Positions 1-13,927 of a stretch of DNA of 64,000 nt are shown here, piece by piece. Under the pieces are notes generated by a model, which was not told where the DNA came from, did no database searches, and saw only the letters and a list, made by a program, of their open reading frames with translations. The translations under genes and the position numbers were made by a program. Position 1 is the stretch's first letter, and every line of letters begins with the position of its first letter. Source of the DNA: Nemertoderma westbladi (lineage: Eukaryota > Animalia > Xenacoelomorpha); contig JAUCBJ010002904.1 in assembly GCA_032718475.1 (NCBI GenBank), positions 1 through 64,000 of the forward strand, given 5' to 3'.

Positions 1-783
1 GCTTAAATTATCGAAAGTATAAACTGTTACCTAATTAATCAATCGAATCGAAAGACAGCATTAACTCACTTAATTTAATTGCATTAATCATATTGTTTGT
101 ACTGTTATTTTACCGTCAGTTATTAATTGTACCTATTTGTTGATGGAAATATTGCTCTTTGGATAATACGGATAAATCACCCAAATTCCCAATTTTCTTG
201 ATACACTACAGGTTAGAGAGACCGGCTATACATAACAATTGCGATTTATATTAATGTGGTGTGTATTGAATCCAATGTTATTTAGCAGACCCTACGTGAG
301 TCAATTGCTGCTCTCTTTATGTGTGATCAAATATACTGACGGTCGGCAGAATAGTGTGTATGATTGTGATTGGTAACAAAGTATTTCCTAAAGAATACGC
401 TTTATGCTTCAATCATAAGCAGTATCGTTGCGTTTTAGTATAAGTCTTAGTTCTGTTTAAATAGATAAAGCGCCACGTCTTAAAGGAACTGTTAATATTT
501 CCCGAAAGCCAATAATATCTGTCAGAGATTAATTATTAACGATCTATCGAATAATACAGTAGGTATACACTGCAACCTTACACTGCAATAATAAAATTTA
601 AGCATCCGAATTCAGTCTCCCGGGTGTAGATCCATCGGGTGAATGATCGCGCATGGGCTGATTTCGGCTAGTGTTTTGCGTATTAGCATAAAATATTGTC
701 GTGTGCTAAAGTGGTTTTAATTAACTAAAAGACATATAAATTTTGGTAGGTTAAACTGCTAAAGGTCTTCAAAAGCGCGAACA
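1..783 (+). mobile_element. LTR C: distal part of a third BEL-family LTR, in opposite orientation, inserted into the 3' LTR of element A; runs off the window start
   Basis: Diverged reverse-complement match to the LTRs at 9066 and 58554. Ends ...AAAAGCGCGAACA at 783, and sequence matching 10141-10290 resumes at 784. Confidence 0.85.
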
Positions 784-989
784 ATGTCCTCTAAAGTACA
801 CATACAGAAGAAATAGCTTTTATGTCCCCTAAAAACACCGGTACAGCAATGACACGGCCTTTTATGCCTGCTAAACCAACTACAGAGTACTTAACGGGGA
901 AAATAACCGGGCAATTCCGCAAAAGCTTTTACACCGCTCCCAGAAAATGGGATTTTAGTCTATAAAATATAAAAATCACAGTTTCTAAA

Positions 990-2260
990 ATATAAAGATA
1001 CTCTAAACAGTTAGTTTTTCTTGCGCGGACGGCGTTTACGCAGTTTCTTGAGACTAGCAAGAGTCCTTTTCTCTTTGGAGCGAGCCACTTTACTAGGAGG
1101 GCTATAACTCCTGGGTGAAGGGTGCAATACAATTGCATCAGAAGGTTTAGGGTTACGGTCAGTGTCTCGTCCATTTCGATCTGCTTCTCCTCGAGCTGAT
1201 TTTCCTCCGCTTGTCGTTGGACACGCTCGTCCAAAACTCTCGCAGAGAATAGGGTTGTCTAAGCTCGATATCTTCTTAGAGATTCAAGATTTCCCAATCG
1301 AACTGAGATAAAGCCAATTCGTTTACCGCTTGGACTTGCAGTTATAACTTACGTTTATCTGAACAAACGCAGGTTTCCTTTCTGATCTTTGTAGAATAGC
1401 GTTTAACTCGTTTCGTACAACGTTCTCCTTCAACTTGATGAAGGGTTGTATCGCGTTAAACTGGGACGACCATACGGTTGAATGGTGATATTAGGTGTCC
1501 GCGTCCCAATACGGCTAGGTAAGATGGGCGGCTAGCTAGAGCTCGCTGCCGGAGTGTTACCGATTAATTGTTAGGGTAGCACTAGATCTTTGAACAGTGA
1601 ATACAGCTCGTGAGGATCTGGGATACCATCAGAATCGAAAGTCTGAGGTCTAATCAAGGAACGAGGTGGTCTGACCGAGTATTCCAGAACTATGATCGTA
1701 GGTTTACTCAAGGATCGTCTGAGTCGAGCGAGCGTAGGTGATATGTCGAACAAGTTTCGGTTTCCGTGGATGTTTATGTCTTTCCGTTTATTAGTTGGGT
1801 CTAGGGCATTTATCGTAATAATACCAAAGACGCACGTCTGGTAGGGGAAACGCGGATGATATTTATTTGTTGTTACAATGCTTCTATCAAGAATTCCAAA
1901 TCTACGTTAGAGTTACCGCGTCCATTTGTCTCTCTAATGTCTTTTCTTTCGAGTCGATTTCGAATAGAATTTTCGCATTCGAATTTCAGTTTATCGTTCC
2001 GACTCCGCTGGGTAGGATATATGTTCGACATAGTCCGTATTGTGTGAATCGATAGAATGGCCAATGGTTAAGAAGTCCATATACGTACTATTACGATGCG
2101 TGTAGCGAGCGGTGAATTTTCCATAGTCCAATTCACGCGTAAGTTGCTTCTAGGAAATCGTCGGTTCGATATCGCTATCAACAAACACTTGTAAAGGTAG
2201 AGTATATCGCTCCCCGATACCAAGACCATCTTCTATCAACTCCGTTATATCTGCTATATG
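990..2260 (-). pseudogene. Deleted remnant of the BEL extra gene (copy A)
   Basis: Peptides DERVQRQAEENQLEEKQIEMDE, FDISPTLARLRRSLSKP and TQRSRNDKLKFECENSIRNRLER match the ORFs at 32610-34637. The exonuclease and knuckle region is deleted. Confidence 0.85.
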
Positions 2261-3900
2261 AGTTTATTAATATTATAATGAGCTTATAATTAGGCTAGCG
2301 AGCGTCGCTGCCTACCCCAATCAGCCCCCGGACAGTGTAAGAGCCTCAGCGCAAATGTATCGTCGCCGCTGTGTTTTCCGCCAACGTGTAGCTACACAAC
2401 GACAACGACACTAGCACGAGTCACTCCACTGTCCGTCCCAAAGGCTTAGATACACTTCAGGTTCTTACTGGAGAGTTAGGGTTACTTTCACAATTGCGAC
2501 TCGCTACTGTAAACACACCTTAGTAGTAACATTCGCCTATAAACTCACAAATTCCACACACACAACTGTCACAAATTACACATACTCGGGCCATTTGTCC
2601 ATTAGTCAGTGCCTTCCAGAATGCCACGTTATTATTATGTATCCTTGGATACTAGCAGTGCGCTATTTATTTCTTACTATGCAATGGGGCAAGCTTTCTA
2701 TTGTTCTTTTTAACTTGCTTCTAATTCTAGCGTGGGTGTTACTATGGTGACATTATGGAAAGCTAGCGGTAGAATTAGGGTAATTCCAATGCATACTATT
2801 TAATAGGATGCTATTTAATAGTAATTCTTTAATGGTCCAATATCTCGTTTATATATGATTTTATAAATTTTATCGGCTATTGACTCATACATGGGAAATT
2901 CTCACACTCTAACACACTTAATAGGATGAATCTCCGCTCCCGTGATCTATTAATTAATGGGATTTTGGGAATGTTATAAATTGCACAGAATGACAATTTA
3001 TTAAATTTATTAAAATATGAATTCAAATTTATTCCCTGAAATTTTATTATTTGATAGTGCAATTGACACAATTTGATTCCAGAGCAGGTCTAGGGACATA
3101 GGATCCTTAATTCTATGAAAATTGTCTTTTAAGAGTATCGGTAAGTGCTACGATATCTTAATCGACTAGAATTGTTAAAGGATCTGAATTTTACAGATTT
3201 TGATTTATAGATTTATAAATATTAAATAATTAATATTTGAGATGGGCACCAATTTATTCCAGAACTTGTCTGGGGACGTTAACCACTGATTCTAGAATTT
3301 GTCTTTCAAGTAAATCGGTGGGTGCCGCAATATCTTAATCGACTAGAATTACAGATGGTCAAAAGGTTTAACAGATTTATTTTGCGTTTTACGCTACTGT
3401 TAAAGGGACATCACGCTACTATATGTATTATTTAATAAACGGTATGAGAGCAATATCGCACGAAGCAATGTCAGTGAGAAGAGGCAAGTCGTTTCCAAGG
3501 TCTACCCAGAGCTTGGTTTAGCCGAGACACGAGGATCTGAACTTTGCATTCCTAATACTCTGCCTACCAATAATACTTGAATATAGTAGTGGCTTTATTG
3601 TACTTTAATAAGTACAGACATTTCATCTTACTGTAGTCACGTATTTATAATATGATACGGACAGTAAGGAAAGAGAAAAATAATTATTTCTCGCCGTCGC
3701 ACTAAATATATATTATAAGTAATTACGTACGTAATAAACACTAATATATTGCACTAATCTACTAAATAATCACTAAAATAACATTCTACTAAATAAAATT
3801 AAAGAAAACGATTATAATAAAATTACATAATAATACATACACAAATATAAAATAAAAACAAATATAAAATGATATAGTCACACGCCCACTCCATATGTTA

Positions 3901-4725
3901 TTATGTTATGGAGTCCCTAGATATTTGTCGGATTAGGGAAGTGGTCGTAGGAAGAGTATCTTGCCTTCCATAGTTTCCGGACAGTTTTCGGTCTATTTCC
4001 AGTAAACATAAACGACCAGCTGGGCGATTGAGTTGTTGTGTTACTTTCTCCGCTCCCTTGGCCTGTCTAATCTCCGCCGTGGTAAGATGAGGAGGCCATT
4101 CTTCTTCTTCTTTACTTAAGAAGTCGGATCCACCTAACCAGCCTGGAGTATCTATCAGTTCTTGAGGAGTTGCTCCTCTGGAAGCAATGTCGGCTGGATT
4201 AATCGTCCCAAGGCTATGTCTCCATTGATCTACATTGGAGTTAATATCGTCATTATCTGAGGAGTATGGTGTTCCCTCAGTTGGATTGTCCACATCACTG
4301 CTCTCCACTTCCCATTCCTTTACTTGGTATACCTGTTGTTGAGGTAATCTCTCTTTGAGAGTTCTACGGGAAGGGCCAGTGAAGTACCAACCTACTCTAG
4401 TTCTTACCGCATAGGTTTGTAGTGGCTGCGGTTGAGCAGGCCATTTCTCCAATGTCTCGAGCGCCTCATGCGCGTTTTGGCCGATGAGTATTTGCACTCC
4501 AGGATAATCTGTCTGGAATCGAGGTATCTTAAGCTGTTGGATGCTCTCGTCCTCGTCCCAGTTATAAGGTTCTACTTGGGTAGTAGCGAAGTTCTTTATA
4601 GCCACCATTTTTACTGACCTTATACTTTGTGCTCCTAATTTATCCTGGGGGGTGGACAACTCACCTACATAGTAATCTGCCGTTATGGTAGATTTCCAAA
4701 CCTGCATAATTCCGGACATATTCAA
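3901..4725 (-). pseudogene. pol: pol remnant of copy A: protease C-terminal region fused to RNase H tail and integrase tail
   Basis: Matches three separated parts of the B polyprotein (SGIMQVWKST..., INPADIASRG, QQLNRP). RT and integrase cores are absent. Confidence 0.85.
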
Positions 4726-4769
4726 CTTAGTTCGGAACTAAGGAACTTTCGGGGGGCTACTAATTTTGC

Positions 4770-6816
4770 TTACAAATACTTAGCTATGTTATCCTTGTTA
4801 CCATACCTGATGTTTAATGTATCCCAAACTTGTCTTAATCCATCTGGATGTCCAATAAACTTTAACGCCATTAACTTGGGAGGTCCTTCCAAGCACTTGA
4901 TGAGGAATCTAAGTTTCTCTCCGTTAGATAGTACAGAGCTGTATGCTATCTTTGTAATATTCATTGAAAGGTAACCATTTCATCTCATCTCCATTGAATT
5001 TGACGATTTCTCCCACTTTGACCGCTTGGACGGCTTCTGTTCTAGCCATCTGACGCGTAAAGCTTTCTTGGGCCATCGTGTTATTTAATATCGAATTATC
5101 GGTATATAAATTTCCCGGATTATTATCAGGTCTATAGGGAATATCATCAACAACAGGTTTATAATCACCCTTAATAGGGTTTGCTATAGGAGTTTCTACT
5201 TCACTAGCAGTATAGATGCGTGTAGGCTCCACACCTTGCGCATGTAATACTTCAGACCTAACAGGTTGACACAATGTTACAGGGGGTATTGGTATACCCT
5301 TTTGTATATTGACTAATTTGTCGCTTTCTAGCGCGATACTTTGCTGCACTTCTTGCAATTCTAACATACTTTCCCTTACTGTTCCCTTGAGTTGGTGGAC
5401 AGTCTCCTGCATCTGTCCGAGCAGGAGATTCATCCCCCGCCGTCCCTCCTCTACCCACTCGACCGCCGAAGCGGGAGTCGCCAACATTGTAGCGGGCCGA
5501 CGCGGGACGACGGGAGACAAATCTTTGATTTCTCTCTCAGTGTCCAGGACAGGGATATTCGCATGGACTGTTCTACCGGGTACAGGCAGTGTAGTACTGT
5601 GTAGAGGGAATTTAGAGTTAAGCTCTGGAAGTACAGGGGTCTCTAGCACAGGAGTGGCTTTGGGAACGACAGGCCTAATTATTTCAGGCTCATCAACTAT
5701 AGTAGGGAGTCTTTTGACCTTAATAATTTGGTCTGTGGGTTCTGTACTACATAAGTCTGTGCTAGCTAGTTGTCTTCAAACCGCTGGGGGCAAATCAGGC
5801 AATTTGTGATGGTGAGATGTTTTTCTACGCCTGCTTAGACGAGATCTATTTCCTCCGCCTTCAGGATCGGTGGTATCGCCTTCCTCCGATGATGTGTATC
5901 CTTGGCGTTTGGGAGTAGATCGACTCATCATCTGCATTTGACTAGCAGTTAACTGTTTATTTATGCAGTCTTGCGTCTCTTGCAGATTTTCCAACTCCAG
6001 TTGGGTAGTCTCCTCAGACGCTCTCCGTTCTGCTTCTGCCACTGCCTTTGCCGCCATTGCCATCTTTCTTTCCACTTCTGCTTCTGCCATTGCCGCTGCT
6101 ACTGCTGCTGCCTTTCGGTCCTCTATCTGTTTTTTCTTTATTTGTTCTTCTTGGACTCTAGCGAGGCGGAGTCGTTCATCAAATTTAGCTTGGTTCGCAG
6201 CTAACATTTCCGCATCGATTGCGTCCAACACAAGCTTGGTTCCTTCACTATTAGGGCGAAGTCCAGACAGTCGTCTCCTCAACTCTTCGTCTCCTAGGAA
6301 TCGCTGATAGTCTGACAGATAGATGTCAATGGCGTCTCTAGTTCGCGGCTTCTCTGCTGCTGTTAATTCGCTTTCCACTTCGCTTTCCACTTCGCTTTCC
6401 ACTTGAGAAGAAGTAGCGTCGGTTGATTCTTCATAGGTTGGCCGCTCATCATAAACCGTATCCGCCATCTTCGCTCCGCGTTCGGGCGTCCGCTCAACAG
6501 TATCCGAACTACTGAAGCTATCGGGCCGCTGAGAACTAGGTTCTTGGCTAGGAGGTTGCTGCTGTTTTATAGCTTCTTCTTGATCCCGCTTGACTTGGGC
6601 CCGAGTGCCTATGGCAGACCAACGGCGCTTCACTAACTTCGCAAATTGCGAAATCGCTTCTACCAACCTAGGTTCTGACACAACCACTGCAGGGGTTGCC
6701 CTTCTTACAGTATGAGGGGTTTCAGACCTCGGTCTGGGATTCTCTACACTTTGATCTGAGAAACAGGCTGTTGTTTCTAGGAGACTATCTGACAGAGTTT
6801 GCCTTGTGTCAGCCAT
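4770..6816 (-). pseudogene. gag: gag of copy A (stop at 5776, frameshift near 4950, Zn knuckles deleted)
   Basis: ORFs 5776-6816, 4924-5649 and 4770-4964 align with 53359-57114 (KFNGDEMKWLPF, LSNGEKLRFL). Confidence 0.88.
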
Positions 6817-8187
6817 GTTTGATTGTACAGTTGAATGCCTACTGCTATATTACAGTTAAAGCAAGTCTAGTAATTCAGTGTCACTGTTAGCCTAACAATT
6901 AATTACCGATACTGCTACTCAGTGTAGCGTGATATGTATATAATATATTAGAATACCGGTATGCTTATAGTATATATATAAGTATTATTACAGACTAGAT
7001 TTGTCACAGAGTACCGGTATATAATTTTAGCACAAATATATATAAATATATAATAGGCCTATCGTGAATACCGGTATACAGCTGACACTTATAGTATATA
7101 TAAGTATAATTATTACAGACTAGAATTAATTACAGAATACCGGTATGATTTCAGCCTAAATTTATAGAATAAATATAATAAGCCTATTGTAAATACCGGT
7201 ATGTCAATTATTTTAAAAAATAATTGAATTTCTGAATGTTAGGGGTTACTTGGTTACTTTACTTACTTTATTACCGTTATTTAAGCAGCAGTCCAACTGA
7301 TATTAAGACCTAAGTGTTGTATAACAGGCCTACTATTTTATTAATAGATTTAGTGGATTTATATGTACCCGTATGAGGGGTTTTGTTACAATATTGAAAT
7401 AGATGTTATTATTTCTGGGAATTAATCACTACACAAAAGCTGTGCGCTCTCAGTGAAGTGCTACTTATTGGACACTAAAACAAATAATTCTACTTCCTAA
7501 GTTACTTATCTACGAATTACTTACGATACGGGTGAGATTAAATCTCTAATTAAACACAACAAAATATTACGTACGAAATTTTAGGGTAATTTTACAGGGA
7601 ACTACAAACCAGTCTAACAGAGTGTTAGATTTTCTGGTTATTACAACGGACAGGATACTACGGTATTTGAAAATAATAAGTTGTAGTAAATACACTGTGT
7701 TGTCCAGATAGGAAAATACCACCGTCTGACGACCTATAGCCGTATCGCTATAGGTACTACGTTATGTATCACGGAGTGTCCCTACCTAGAAGTTAATTAC
7801 CGCGGTCTACCAGAACCAACGTGCCTATTAACCACTTTACAACACAAATATACTGCCTACACACTAATTACCTTCGGAAAGCACTGTACACTAAACCCTA
7901 AATTAGGTACAAGTACTGGTACAACAAATAATCAGTAGTTAAAAATACTTGAACAGCTAAAAGAACCACGGCATCTGCTGGAGTGACCGGTGCACAAAAT
8001 CACCAGTCTTTACCTACGCCAAGCAGCCCGTGTAGTACTGGGGTTAATTTAACTATAACGGTATATATAACAAGCACAATTACTGTAGGAATAAACTTAG
8101 GGATATGAATGTTGCGAATAATCGCATAAACTCTGAATAATAAATATTACGCTACCCGTACAGAATACTCAAACAAAATACAAACCA

Positions 8188-8710
8188 AACGCTGGCAGAC
8201 TACCATCAAGCCTAAATAAACTACAGTATGTGCAGATTCCAAAATGGTTAGTTAGTATACGTTCTAACACGGTAGTACGACTTATTCTTTAGGAGGGGGT
8301 TGAAATTACAACTCAAGATGCCCCAACTTACTAACTGGCACTTTATCGGACAGACTCTACACACGCAGCAATCTCTTCAGACCTAATAACAGCTAGACAA
8401 CAATCCAGCCTACAAAATATCTGAGTAATAACTATTACGGTACCTGAACAGACCACACAAACAAACACAGGCTAAAACGCTGGCAGACTACTATCAAGCC
8501 TAAATAAACTACAGTATATGCAGATTCCGAAATGGTTAGTTAGTATGCGTTCTAACACGGTAGTACGACTTATTCTTTAGGAGGGGGTTGACCTTACAGC
8601 TCTGGCTGCCCCTACTTCCTAACCGGCACTTTATCGGACAGACTCTACATGCACTGCAATCCGTTCAGACCTAACAACAGTCAGAACAACAGTCCAGCCT
8701 ACAAATTATC
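8188..8710. repeat. Tandem duplication (~290-bp period) in the 5' leader of copy A
   Basis: AAACGCTGGCAGACTA...CCAGCCTACAAA occurs at ~8188-8416 and again at ~8476-8705. Confidence 0.85.
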
Positions 8711-9054
8711 TGTACAATCTGAGCAGGGTTACACGCCTTCTGCTCAATATTATCCTACTAGTAAATAAAACTGACAGAAATAGACCTAAGTAAAATCCCA
8801 ATAAAAACCAGGCGTCCCCGATTTAATATCGAGACCTACCGGTATATAATTATCAAAATCGAATAATACTGCTGTACCTGTACTGCTGTAAGTACCGGTC
8901 CAGATGATCAGGCAGTCAGGCCTACTGGTTACCGGTCGACCGGTACTTTAGTCTTGATCGCTTACGCCGCAATCAAGATCCTACAAACTGTTATTGTTCT
9001 TACCAGAACAATATTAAACTGTATTTATTGCCTACACTGCAATCAAGAATTTTA

Positions 9055-9065
9055 CAAACGGTTAT
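9055..9065 (-). promoter_or_regulatory. Non-tRNA primer-binding site of copy A (ATAACCGTTTG)
   Basis: Abuts the LTR end with no TGG. Exact 11-nt inverted repeat of 9811-9821 inside the LTR. Confidence 0.75.
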
Positions 9066-10290
9066 TGTTCGCGCTTTTAAGACCTTTGGCAGTTTAACCC
9101 GCCAAATCTATATGTCTTCTAGGTTATAAATCTACTCCAGCCTATGACAAGTATTGAACACCTATAATAATTCTAACATTAGCCAAAGCCAGTCTGTGCG
9201 CGACCATTCACCCGCTGGATATACCCGGGAGACTGGATTTGGATGCTTTAATTTGATTGCGGTGCAGGCCTACCGTACTATTCGATTGATCGTTAATATA
9301 TAATCTCTGACGAATATTATTCACTTTCGGGAAATATTAGCAGTTCCTTTAGTTCCTTTAGTGGCGCTCTATCTATTTAAACAGAGCTATGACTTACACT
9401 ATACACAACAGTATGTCTTATAGATCACCAAAGTGCATTCTTTAGGAAATGCTTTGTTACTCGGTCAAGCACACACAGACTATTGCACACAACTGCACAC
9501 TGAATTGCCGACATTCACTGATTTTAATCATATATAAAGAGAATAACAACCGACATTTGGAGGGCCTATTAAGTAGCATTGAACTCACTACAAACCACGA
9601 TAATATATGTCGCAAATTGTTATATGTAACCGGTCTCTCTAACCTTAGTGTATCAAGAAGATTGGGTTTTCGGATCGTTATCAATATTCTTCCCAATAAT
9701 AATATGTAAACGAATGATACAATTAACAACACAGTAAATAGCAGTAAATAATGCGGCAAAAAGCAGTTTACGTCAGGGTGCTTAATCAGATGCCGAGGTG
9801 CAAAACCGTGATAACCGTTTGATGATCTTATAATTAAAGACGCTCTAATGTCAGAAAACATTCCCCGGCCGGTGTTCTAGGCGTGGGGGAAACGTCAGTA
9901 CTGAACCCTGTAATTCTGCTGTACAGCTTTTACACAAAGAGGGAATCTCTGATTGGTCGAATGGCAAAGAGCTCCACGTGGACACAGCTGATAGATGTCG
10001 TCATTTTGAGCTGAGCAGAACAAAGAACCAAGGCAAGGCTCCGGGCAAGCTACACGTGTAAAGCTCAGCCGTTAGCTGTCGTCATAGTAACGACAATGTT
10101 TCAAGAGGATCTAGGGCGTTGCGTCATAGAATTGCTAATTATGTCCTCTAAAGTACACATACAGAAGAAATAGCTTTTATGTCCCCTAAAAACACCGGTA
10201 CAGCAATGACACGGCCTTTTATGCCTGCTAAACCAACTACAGAGTACTTTACGGGGAAAATAACCGGGCAATTCCGCAAAAGCTTTTACA
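9066..10290 (-). repeat. 5' LTR of BEL copy A (1225 bp)
   Basis: TG...CA termini. Homologous to 29388-30562 and 58554-59755. Confidence 0.92.
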
Positions 10291-10507
10291 GCTGCCTAAC
10301 TCACCCTCGCACTCTGATTGGATAATCCAATCTAGCCTCCCTCTATAATAGCCCCCCCCCCCCCCGTTCACCACATTCCCATTCATTCTCTAATTTTTAT
10401 TTCGAAAAGTTGTGTTTATTTTCATAAAAGTTTTATTTATTTAAAATTTTATAAAATCATTTAGCTAAAATTCAATATTATTAATTGATATTGCTATATA
10501 ATGCATA

Positions 10508-12068
10508 CTACTACTACTACTAGGTCGAGCGAACTCGGACAGTGGAAATGAGATCCTTCCAGGCTTCCCGATTCTCCATAGTTTTCGCAATTTCTAAGTT
10601 GATCTATATATGTAATGGCAGGTCGTCCACGACTTGCCATTTCCATGAGTTGGTTGCCAGAGAAGTAGATCTGGTATGACCTCGTCTTTACTTCGCCAGC
10701 AGTGCCTACTGAATCTTAATCTGCGTTCACGGAGGGTGGTTGATACAGGTGGTATTGTACCATAAAGCTCGGCGTTTGTCATGTGTTGTCTCCAGCTGAT
10801 GTTTCGGGCTGCCCTTAGTACTGTAGTAGTGTTGTGAAGCAACCATCAATTCGTTGTTCAAGTGATTTAGTCAGTGTCCAGGTCTCACCCCCGTATAAAA
10901 ATACACTTTCCACTGTGGCTCGAAAGAACTTAGTCTTCAGGTGCCTGGAGAGATCTGATTTCCAGATTGTATCCATTTTTGATAGAGCTACCCAAGCATT
11001 ATTATCAATGGTTGTCAAGTTTCCATCAACATTAAAGGTCATGAATTCGGTCTTGGTAGCATTTATATGCAATCCAACCTCCTTAGCAGCCCTCTCCACT
11101 TTATTTAGTAGAAGCTGTGCATCTGCATCATTTTCCCTCTATGGATGGAGTCGAATGCCTTCTTGAAGTCCACAAAAGTCATGACTGCGGGGAGATTCTT
11201 TGACTTAATTCCTTCAATCAGTCTCCGTAGTGCAAGTATCTGAGCTATTGTTGATCTACTTGGTCGAAATCCGTTTTGGCTCTTACGCAGTAGTTTCTCT
11301 ATGTGAGGCCCAATCCTATATAGAATCATTTTATTGTGTATTTTGGCAGCTACCACAAGCAGACAGATCCCACGATAGTTTGTCGGTATGCCGAGGTCTC
11401 CTTTCTTGGAGTTGACCTTTAGTCCAAATTGGTGGTGGCTTTTCCCCTTTTAACATCCGGTTGCAAACATTCAATAATGGTCTATTTAGCACTCCGGTTT
11501 TCCATACCTCCGCTGGGATTCCATCTAATCCACTCGCTTTATTATTGGACATGCCTTTAATGCTTCTTTGGAGTTCGGCAGGTGTGAAGTCCCCTGTTTC
11601 TATAGGTAGTGTCTTGTCATATATTTTCCTTGTAGGGCTGACCTCGATGTTTGGTGGCTGCCCAAGCAAGTTGCTGAAGTGATTTTTCCACTTCCCAACA
11701 CGTTCTTCAGGACTATCGGCTTTGAGGCGCCCCTTTGCACAACTTTTCCGACCAGATACCTCATTTACAGTTTGTCAGGTAAGTCTTGATTGTTGCTCTG
11801 TATGTGAGCAGTTGTAATTGCTTCAGTTTTATCCTGTATGTACTTTTCCTGGCTGATGTTGTAGGCCAATTTAAGATTATCCTTAGCTTTCTCAACCTTG
11901 TTAATGTTTTCGGTTGTTGGTTGTTCGGTTTTAACTTTGTAGGCTATCTTAAGATCTTCTCTCTTACAAGTAACCTCAGAGTTTTGCCATGGCACATACT
12001 GTTTTCGTTTAGGTTTCTGGGGGATATGCCTCTTAGCTGATTCCTTGTGGGCTGTTATTATATTCTGG
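10508..12068 (-). mobile_element. 5'-truncated, degraded RTE-like LINE
   Basis: 13-bp TSD TATATAATGCATA (10495-10507 and 12069-12081) and a (TAG)n tail. RT fragments KASGLDGIPAEVWK, QNGFRPSRST, FVDFKKAFDSIHR, GLHINATKTEFM, LYGGETWTLT. Confidence 0.9.
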
Positions 12069-12086
12069 TATATAATGCATAGACAT

Positions 12087-12269
12087 GAGGCACAGAGGCA
12101 CAGACTATGTCTCACTGAGGCACAGACTACGCCTCACTGAGGCACAGACTATGCCTCACTGAGGTATAGACTATGCCTCACTGAGGCATAGACTATGCCT
12201 CACTGAGGCACTGAGGCATAGACTATGCCTCACTGAGGCACAGACTATGCCTCACTGAGGCACAGACTA
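12087..12269 (+). repeat. 22-bp tandem array AGGCACAGACTATGCCTCACTG (left TIR end)
   Basis: About 8 units, each a TGAGGCA-N7-TGCCTCA palindrome. Confidence 0.95.
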
Positions 12270-12771
12270 AATAGCCGAGCTATATTGCATTATATGAACA
12301 ATAAATTACAATATACGAGCACAAAAGAGTTTACAAGCACAGGTTCAAATCCAACTAAAGCTCTATATATTTTGCATTGAAGTGGAATACTTTAGATGCT
12401 GGGGGGAATCTGGTTTGCGAGGGCTATTTGAATGTTGAGTATAACTATCCTTGAGAGTTAGTGTGACGTTATCTCACCATGGATGGGTGGGCACTTTACC
12501 ACTGTACTCGCATCTGCTCTCTCATTGGCTGTCTAACTTTCCTCCCTCGAGTCCTGATTGGCTGTCTAACTCACCCTCGCACTCTGATTGGATAATCCAT
12601 TCTAGCCTCCCTCTATAATAGCCCCCGTTCAACGCATTCCCAGTCATTCTCTAAGTTTTATATTAAAAAGTTTTATATATTTTCATAAAAGTTTTATTTA
12701 CTTAAAATTTTGTAAAATCATTTAGCTAAAATTCAATAATATCAATTGACATTGTTATATAATGCATAGAC

Positions 12772-13810
12772 ATGAAAGTTGTTTGGTTTGTAATAAAGAA
12801 ATGAGAAAAGACAATCTGTCTCATCATATGGAAACACATAGAAAGGAAAAACTAATGGATCCGTTACCAAAAAAAATTTAAAAATCCGAAGATATTTTTA
12901 GTGAAGATGAAAAGAAAAAGAGAGATGAGCGTGATATACTAAAGATAAAACAGACAATGGAAAATAAATTTCATAAAGTTATGAATATTTTGAAAGGGAT
13001 ACAAATTTAAAACAGTTACCCCTAGAAAATGAAGAAAATTTGAGTGAGAAAGATGAAGAAGAAAAGGACAATGAGATGGATAATGAAAATAGTGAAGGTC
13101 AGGATGAAGTTGAAGAGAGTGAAGTTGAGAACGAAGAAAGTGAAGACCAGGAAGAGCATGAAGAAAGTGAAGGTCAATAAGAGGGTGAAGAAAGCGAAGG
13201 TCAGGAAGAGAATGAAGAAAGTGAAGAACAGGAAGAGGATGAAGAAAGTGAAGAACAGGAAGAGGATGAAGATAGTGGAGAACAGGAAGAGGATGAAGAA
13301 AGTGAAGAACAGGAAGACGATGAAGAAATTGAAGGTGGGGAAGAGGATGAAGAAAGTGAAGGTGGGGAAGAGGATGAAGAAAGTGAAGGTCAGAAAGAGG
13401 GTGAAAAAGTGAAGATCAGGAAAGTGAAGAAGAGGATGAAAATGATGATAATGAGGAAATATTGAGACAATTAATTACTTGGAAATAAGAATTAATTGCG
13501 GAAAATTATTAAACATTTGAAGGAAAATGAAGAAAATAAAGAGGCGACATTGACCCAAGTTCTAGGAAGTAAAATTAAATTACAGAAATTTATTAAACAT
13601 TTAGAAGAGAATGATGAAAATAAAGAAGAGATATTGAGACAAATATTAGTAAACAAAAATCAAATGAGGAAATTTATTAAACAAATGGAAGAAAATGAGG
13701 AAGATAGAGAAGAGATATTAAGACAGGTACTGGGAAATAAAAGTAAATTATTGAAAATTTATGAAGAATTGAATGAAATTAAGAAACAGTTGGTTAATGA
13801 GGAAGATTAA
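12772..13810 (+). pseudogene. Disrupted gene: N-terminal C2H2 zinc finger, Glu-rich tract, coiled-coil repeats
   Basis: CLVCNKEMRKDNLSHHMETH read by hand from ~12778. GAA-rich EESEEQEED repeats at 13020-13460. ORF 13496-13810 has ~28-aa repeats. Confidence 0.55.
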
Positions 13811-13927
13811 AGTAAAGTAAATCAACCAGCTTTTACTAATTTTCGAAGACCTATGATAAAAAACTCTCGTTCAGTATATGCCCGCGCAGGACGACGCTAT
13901 TGACATTTGTTTGTTTGAGTTCCTTTT

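Larger units (their letters stand above)
784..10290 (-). mobile_element. BEL/Pao LTR retrotransposon copy A, internally deleted and non-autonomous
   Basis: 5' LTR at 9066-10290 and 3' LTR remnant at 784-933 (near-identical to 10141-10290). gag, pol and extra-gene remnants are collinear with element B (29388-59755). Confidence 0.92.

Noticed and set aside
3990-4760. Deletions in copy A as spliced-out introns
   Set aside because: The junction I checked does not fit GT-AG removal.
13044-13412. Lys/Arg-rich 122-aa ORF
   Set aside because: Off-frame reading of the GAA-rich Glu repeat.
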